This document shows, piece after piece, positions 26,010 to 30,000 of a stretch of 30,000 nt of DNA (position 1 is its first letter; the number at the start of each line of letters is the position of its first letter). Under the pieces are notes generated by a model. That model was given only the letters and a program-made list of their open reading frames with translations. It was not told where the DNA came from and did no database searches. This DNA comes from Sutterella sp. Its GTDB lineage: Bacteria > Pseudomonadota > Gammaproteobacteria > Burkholderiales > Burkholderiaceae_F. The stretch lies in NCBI GenBank assembly GCA_020025955.1, contig JAHHRF010000011.1, positions 13,093 to 43,092 on the forward strand, given 5' to 3'. The translations under genes and the position numbers were made by a program.

Positions 26010-27308
26010 ATGTCGGAAGAGGACGCCTTTGACGCAGTCATTATTGGTGCTGGTCCGGCTGGCGCCACCGCTGCCTACGTTTTAGCGAAGGGCGGCGCGA
26101 ATGTTCTGGTGATCGAACGCGGTAACTACGCGGGCGCCAAGAACATGACGGGGGGCCGTTTATATGGTCACAGTCTGGAAAAAGTGATCCCTGATTTCGC
26201 AGACGAAGCCCCGATTGAACGTATCGTGACGACCGAAAAAGTGTCGTTCATGGAAGCCCAGAGTGGTACCACGATGGATTACCGCTCGGCTGAACCCTGT
26301 ACGAAGAATGAAAAGTCTTACACCGTCTTGCGTGGTCCCTTTGACCAGTGGTTAGCGGGTAAGGCAGAAGAAGTTGGCGCGCAGATCATTTATGGCATTC
26401 GCGTTGACAAGATCGTCAAGGACGACAATGGCAAGGTCGTTGGTATTGAAGCCGACGGCGATGTCATTGACGCCAAATGCGTGATCATCGCCGAAGGGGC
26501 GAACAGCATCTTGACGGAACAGTTGGGTCTCGCGACCCGTCCGATGGATCCGTCCACGATGGCCGTCGGCGCTAAGGAATTGATCGAATTCCCCAGCGGC
26601 GAAGTTGAAAAGCGTTTCGGCTTAGCTAAGGGCGAAGGCGTGGCTTGGTTGTTTGCCGGTACGCCGTCCAACGGTTTGATGGGGGGCGGGTTCCTCTATA
26701 CGAACAAGGACTCGGTCTCGTTAGGCGTGGTCTGTGGCTTAGCTCACATTGGCGACAGCAACAAGAGCGTCCCCAAGATGCTCGAAGACTTCAAGAACCA
26801 TCCCGTTGTTAAGCCGTTGATCGAAGGCGGCAAGATGGTTGAGTATTCCGGTCACATGGTGCCGGAAGCAGGGATCAACATGTGTCCGAAGCTTTACGCC
26901 GATGGCGTGATGGTGATCGGTGACGCTGCTGGTTTCTGTATCAACCAGGGCTTTACGGTTCGCGGTCTTGACTTAGCCATTGGCTCGGGCGACTACGCAG
27001 CTCAGGCTGTGTTGGAAGCTTTGAAGCGTAATGACTTCTCCGCCAATGCTTTGCGTGTCTATCAGACGCGTCTTGAACAGAGTTTCGTGATGCAAGACTT
27101 GCAGCTCTACAAGGATCTGCCGGCCTTCTTCGAAAACGATCGTCTTTTCAACGCTTATCCCAAGCTCATGAACGGCATTATGCGTGACGTGTTTGTGATC
27201 GGTGAAAAGCCCTCTGAACCCTTACGCAAGAAGCTTTTCAAGCGTTTGAAGGAAGTTGGGTTCATCAACATGCTCAAGGATGCCTACAACGGAGGTAAAG
27301 CGATATGA
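26010..27308 (+). CDS. fixC: FAD-dependent ETF-quinone-oxidoreductase-like flavoprotein, FixC type
   Basis: 432 aa. N-terminal dinucleotide fold FDAVIIGAGPAGATAAYVLAKGG, with GDAAGF later. The gene order is fixB-fixC-fixX. An AAGGAG RBS lies upstream. Confidence 0.9.
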   Translation: MSEEDAFDAVIIGAGPAGATAAYVLAKGGANVLVIERGNYAGAKNMTGGRLYGHSLEKVIPDFADEAPIERIVTTEKVSFMEAQSGTTMDYRSAEPCTKNEKSYTVLRGPFDQWLAGKAEEVGAQIIYGIRVDKIVKDDNGKVVGIEADGDVIDAKCVIIAEGANSILTEQLGLATRPMDPSTMAVGAKELIEFPSGEVEKRFGLAKGEGVAWLFAGTPSNGLMGGGFLYTNKDSVSLGVVCGLAHIGDSNKSVPKMLEDFKNHPVVKPLIEGGKMVEYSGHMVPEAGINMCPKLYADGVMVIGDAAGFCINQGFTVRGLDLAIGSGDYAAQAVLEALKRNDFSANALRVYQTRLEQSFVMQDLQLYKDLPAFFENDRLFNAYPKLMNGIMRDVFVIGEKPSEPLRKKLFKRLKEVGFINMLKDAYNGGKAI

Positions 27309-27598
27309 CGGAATACATGAATGTTGACGAGAAGCTTGGTGTTAACAAGTTCTACGTTGACGAAGAAAACGCCCACATTGTGCTCAAGGCGGCCGACAAA
27401 ATCGATCGCAACGAGTTCATGAAGTTAGTCAAAGCCTGCCCCGCGGGTTTGTACTCCATCGATGAAGAAGGGAACTACAAATTCGACTACGCCGGCTGTT
27501 TAGAATGCGGGACCTGTCGCTTCTTGTGCGGCAAGACCTTGTTCGAAAAGTGGGAATTACCGCGAGGGACATTCGGTATCGAATATCGCAACGGTTAA
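27305..27598 (+). CDS. fixX: Ferredoxin-like protein FixX
   Basis: 97 aa. NVDEKLGVNKFYVDEE..HIV.KA, VKACPAGLY, FDYAGCLECGTCR and YPRGTFG-like ELPRGTFGIEYRNG closely parallel E. coli FixX. The ATGA overlap with the fixC stop suggests translational coupling. Confidence 0.9.
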   Translation: MTEYMNVDEKLGVNKFYVDEENAHIVLKAADKIDRNEFMKLVKACPAGLYSIDEEGNYKFDYAGCLECGTCRFLCGKTLFEKWELPRGTFGIEYRNG

Positions 27599-27608
27599 AA
27601 CAATGATC

Positions 27609-27647
27609 GGGGTTAGCCTTTTGCTCCTACGGGCTAACCCCTTTTTT
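27609..27647 (+). terminator. Canonical Rho-independent terminator after fixX
   Basis: GGGGTTAGCC (27609-27618), a 13-nt loop, GGCTAACCCC (27632-27641), then TTTTTT (27642-27647). Confidence 0.8.
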
Positions 27648-27676
27648 CTGATCTCATCGACTTTCAAGGAAAAAAT

Positions 27677-28978
27677 ATGTCAACGTTAGCTGCATTTGAC
27701 AATCTAAAAGTAAGTGGTAGGCACCGCCTGATTACGTTATTTGCCAGTGGCGCCTCATTTATTGACGGCTATATCCTCATCATCATTGGGGTGGCCCTTG
27801 AAAGCTTGATGCAAGAATTCCAGTTAGACGAATTTGGTGTGGGCTTAGTGACGGTCAGTACCTTCGTGGGTCTGGGCGTAGGCACGTTCATCTTCGGCTA
27901 CATTGGCGACAAGATTGGTCGCAAAAAAATCTTAAGCTACAACATTCTCTTGTTGGCGCTTTGTTCGGTGTTGTCTGCGTTTGTGACGACCCCGACGGAA
28001 TTGATTATTGCGCGCTTTTTCATTGGTGTTTTGATCGGGGGTGACTACCCGATTGCAACCAGTATGGTTGCTGAATTCTCCCCAATTAAAAACCGTGCTT
28101 GGTCCATGGGGACGATTGCTGCCGTTTGGTATGTGGGCGGTATCTTTGCAACCGTCGTGGGCTACTACTGCTACGACTTCGCAGACAGCTGGCGTTGGAT
28201 GTTAGCCAGTGCGGTGATCCCCTGCATGCTCGTTTTCTTTGGTCGTATGGGTATTCCAGAATCGCCCCGTTGGTTGCTCCTTCAGGGTCGTGTGGAAGAA
28301 GCGCGTGCCATCTTTAAGGAATTTGGCGCGGACGTGAGCGAAGAAGTCTTCCAGCGCTTTGCTAACGAAAAGCCGAAGAGCCCGGACGTGAAGAAGATCT
28401 TCAAGGGCGACAACCTTCGCAACCTCTTATTCGTGGCCACGATTTGGATCTGCCAGGTCGTTCCGATGTTCACGGTCTACATGTTCGGTACCCAGATCAT
28501 GGCGGACTACTCCAACGTCACCCCGCAGACGGCCATGATTTGCAACACCGTGATCAGTATTGCCTTCTTTACGGGCTGCTTCCCCGCTATGTGGTTAGTG
28601 GGTGTGATTGGTCGCCGTACGGTTTGCGTCTATAGCTTCTTGATCATGACGGTGGCCATGGGCTTACTGTATGTCTTCACCGACAACTTGATCGTGCTCT
28701 TACTGTGCTTGTTGGTTTATGCCTTAGCTGCTGGCGGTCCTGGCATCTTGCAGTGGCTCTACCCGAATGAATTATTTTCCACGGACATTCGTGCTTCCTC
28801 GGTTGGGGTGGCGATGAGTATCACCCGTGTTGCCACGATCTTCTCCACCTTCTTCTTGTATCCGATGTTGGTGGCCTACGGGAGTGAAGCCGTGGTGATC
28901 GGTGGGATCATCATCTCCTTCATCGGTTTGGTGGTCAGTGTGTTCTGGGCCCCGGAAACCAACGGGATCTCGCTCTAA
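27677..28978 (+). CDS. yaaU: MFS transporter of the sugar-porter-like subfamily, YaaU-like
   Basis: 433 aa and about 12 TM segments. Motifs GDKIGRKK (loop 2-3), PESPRWL and PETNG. The N-terminus FDNLKVSGRHRLI..GASFIDGYILIIIGVALE resembles E. coli YaaU as I recall it. It also sits immediately after fixX, as yaaU does in E. coli. The symbol is tentative. Confidence 0.7.
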   Translation: MSTLAAFDNLKVSGRHRLITLFASGASFIDGYILIIIGVALESLMQEFQLDEFGVGLVTVSTFVGLGVGTFIFGYIGDKIGRKKILSYNILLLALCSVLSAFVTTPTELIIARFFIGVLIGGDYPIATSMVAEFSPIKNRAWSMGTIAAVWYVGGIFATVVGYYCYDFADSWRWMLASAVIPCMLVFFGRMGIPESPRWLLLQGRVEEARAIFKEFGADVSEEVFQRFANEKPKSPDVKKIFKGDNLRNLLFVATIWICQVVPMFTVYMFGTQIMADYSNVTPQTAMICNTVISIAFFTGCFPAMWLVGVIGRRTVCVYSFLIMTVAMGLLYVFTDNLIVLLLCLLVYALAAGGPGILQWLYPNELFSTDIRASSVGVAMSITRVATIFSTFFLYPMLVAYGSEAVVIGGIIISFIGLVVSVFWAPETNGISL

Positions 28979-29037
28979 TTCTTCGCCGTTAAGACGAAAT
29001 ACGTTGTGCTTTAAAAAAGCTATGGAGTTTTATCGAA

Positions 29038-30000
29038 ATGAGTCAAGTCAATAATCGCTTAGATGTTCCGGCCCTCTTGAAGGGGGATATGAAAGCTGTT
29101 TTAGATTTCCAGCTTTCCCAACCGACGGAAGAAAATGACGGTAGCTTTGCCGCCATGCGCGAAGCCTACATCAAAGAACGTCGTTTCTGGAACGAGGGCG
29201 GTCCCGAGATGCTTCGTAAGGAAGATGTATCGGTGGCAACCCGCCACGGCGCCGTGACGGCTCGTATCTACCAGGCGGTTGAAAAGCCGGTTTCGACCTT
29301 GTACTTCATCCATGGGGGTGGCTTCCTCGTGGGCAACAACGATACGCACGATCGCATCATGCGTATTCTGGCGGAAAAGACGGGGGCAACCGTGATTGGG
29401 GTGGATTACACCTTGTCGCCGGAAGCCCGTCATCCGCAGCCCATTGAAGAAGTGGCCGACGTGGTGGCGTATTTCCACGCTCATCAAGCCGAGCACGGTA
29501 TTGATGCGAGCAAGATTAGCTTTGCGGGGGATTCCGCAGGGGCTTATCTCTCGATGGCGAGCGTTCTCTGGATTCGCGATAAAGCGGTGGCTTGCGGTGA
29601 AATCGTGTCCGTCTTGCTCTACTACGGTCTCTTTGGGTTACGCGACGGTCGCTCCCGCCAGCTCTACGGTGGTACGTGGGATTGGTTGCGTCCCGAAGAC
29701 TTAAAGAGCTACGAAGACGCATACTTAGCGGATGCTTCGCAGATTGAAGACCCGTACTACTGCTTGTTTAACTGCGATTTAAAGAAGGCTGTTCCGCCCG
29801 CCTTCGTGATTAGCGCCGAGTACGATCCCTTATCGGACGACAGCGTGGCGTTAGCTCAGTTACTCAAGGCCTACGGTCATGAAGTTCACTTTGAAGAGTA
29901 TCCCGGTGTGCTCCATGCCTTCCTTCACTTCTCGCGCATGATGCCGGAAGCCATGAAGGCCTTGGAAGAGGGGGCTGCCTTCTTGAAGGCTCACCTCTAA
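29038..30000 (+). CDS. aes: Acetyl esterase of the hormone-sensitive-lipase (HSL) family, Aes-like
   Basis: 320 aa. HGGGF oxyanion motif (H at 29311) and GDSAG nucleophile (Ser codon 29533-29535). Long collinear matches to E. coli Aes from memory: DTHDRIMR.LA, IG.DYTLSPEAR.PQ.IEE, LW.RDK, YGL.GLRD, PYYCLFN.DL, AE.DPL.DDS, YPG.LHAFLH.SRMM. The stop TAA is at 29998-30000, exactly the window end. Confidence 0.88.
   Translation: MSQVNNRLDVPALLKGDMKAVLDFQLSQPTEENDGSFAAMREAYIKERRFWNEGGPEMLRKEDVSVATRHGAVTARIYQAVEKPVSTLYFIHGGGFLVGNNDTHDRIMRILAEKTGATVIGVDYTLSPEARHPQPIEEVADVVAYFHAHQAEHGIDASKISFAGDSAGAYLSMASVLWIRDKAVACGEIVSVLLYYGLFGLRDGRSRQLYGGTWDWLRPEDLKSYEDAYLADASQIEDPYYCLFNCDLKKAVPPAFVISAEYDPLSDDSVALAQLLKAYGHEVHFEEYPGVLHAFLHFSRMMPEAMKALEEGAAFLKAHL

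Noticed and set aside
1-30000. Mobile elements, CRISPR arrays, defence systems, toxin-antitoxin pairs, rRNA and tRNA genes.
   Set aside because: I saw no transposase, integrase or recombinase-like ORFs. There are no regularly spaced repeats, no terminal inverted repeats flanking the cai/fix block, and no cloverleaf-compatible sequences. The hairpins in the locus share no sequence, so they are not a dispersed repeat family within this window.

Overview
All calls come from reading the sequence and the ORF track. Family assignments rest on motifs and on reference protein sequences recalled from memory (mainly E. coli K-12 and B. subtilis). No searches, alignments or statistics were run.

The window has three parts.

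(1) 1-10.7 kb: a tightly packed, co-directional de novo purine operon. It runs purE (3' end only), purC, purF, purM, purN, purH, purD and a single-chain ~1240-aa purL. This is the Clostridia/Firmicutes-style gene order, with a B. subtilis-type PurF (propeptide plus Fe-S cysteines).

(2) 10.9-17.1 kb: mixed genes separated by clear hairpin terminators. They are a MATE efflux pump, aspS (convergent; it looks Burkholderiales-like), an APT1/carboxylesterase-type serine hydrolase, a long Crp/Fnr-family regulator, and an NfsB-type nitroreductase.

(3) 17.5-30 kb: a carnitine/crotonobetaine-type locus. The order is caiT-caiA-caiB-caiC, a MaoC-like double hot-dog hydratase, fixA-fixB-fixC-fixX, a strong terminator, a yaaU-like MFS transporter, and an aes-like esterase.

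The most interesting feature is the architecture of part 3. In E. coli the cai and fix operons are divergent. Here they form one co-directional array. CaiD (crotonase fold) and CaiE are absent, and a hydratase-2 (MaoC) enzyme with an altered catalytic motif sits exactly at the cai/fix junction. No CaiF is visible. Instead there is an atypical Crp-like regulator nearby and an FNR/CRP-like dyad in the caiT upstream region. Several intercistronic junctions carry strong, mutually unrelated hairpins, and one carries an AT-rich perfect palindrome.

I found no tRNA, rRNA, CRISPR array, transposase or integrase. The organism is probably an anaerobic beta-proteobacterium, possibly Sutterellaceae-like, but that is a guess.
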